This document shows, in pieces, positions 63,801 through 64,000 of a DNA stretch of 64,000 bases (positions within the stretch are counted from its first letter, which is position 1; each line of letters starts with the position of its first letter). The notes under the pieces were generated by a model, which was not told where the DNA came from, made no database searches, and saw only the letters and a list, made by a program, of their open reading frames with translations. The translations under genes were made by a program, and so were the position numbers. The DNA comes from Epiperipatus broadwayi. Lineage: Eukaryota > Animalia > Onychophora. The stretch spans positions 29,636,001-29,700,000 of the forward strand of contig JAQFVV010000003.1 of NCBI GenBank assembly GCA_028023455.1. Reading direction: 5' to 3'.

Positions 63801-64000
63801 AATATTATGGGAAGATTGGGATCAATTCAATTTCAATGATTCAGATTCTGGAAGAACTTGGTGGTGTCCAAAACTACTATAAATAGCTGCTAAAAAGTAT
63901 TAGAAAAACATTAAACTTGTAGCATTTTTCTCCAGCATTCCAAACATATATTTTCTATATTACATTCACTGAAATATGTGGGTAATACATATATGATTTT

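Noticed and set aside
62600-63950. Possible further ING3 exons or RT relic near the right edge
   Set aside because: No ING3 motifs were found and the RT-like traces are too degraded to call.

Overview
AT-rich, CpG-poor eukaryotic DNA (animal; probably arthropod, by inference). It holds parts of two conserved minus-strand genes. The first is a selenophosphate synthetase (SelD/SEPHS): two coding exons, with an in-frame UGA at the Sec position followed by a GC-rich stem-loop. Its later exons lie left of the window. The second is ING3: the last three coding exons, including the PHD finger. The rest is intron or intergenic DNA with decayed transposons: a Merlin element, an L1/Tx1 remnant, RTE fragments, and two Ty3/gypsy LTR elements inside one ING3 intron. 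The most striking unexplained structure is about a dozen non-coding insertions that share one architecture: two inverted arms, often a one-sided tail, and usually a 12-14 bp target-site duplication (TSD). Many carry minimal type-I hammerhead ribozyme (HHR) motifs with palindromic stem III, always pointing outward. There are at least three unrelated HHR families: A (tandem ~450-nt monomers), B (canonical core) and C (rare A3:U8 core swap), plus a possible fourth (D, U3:A8). This fits non-autonomous Penelope-dependent, retrozyme-like elements. All alignments and folds were done by eye; no ribozyme activity has been shown.
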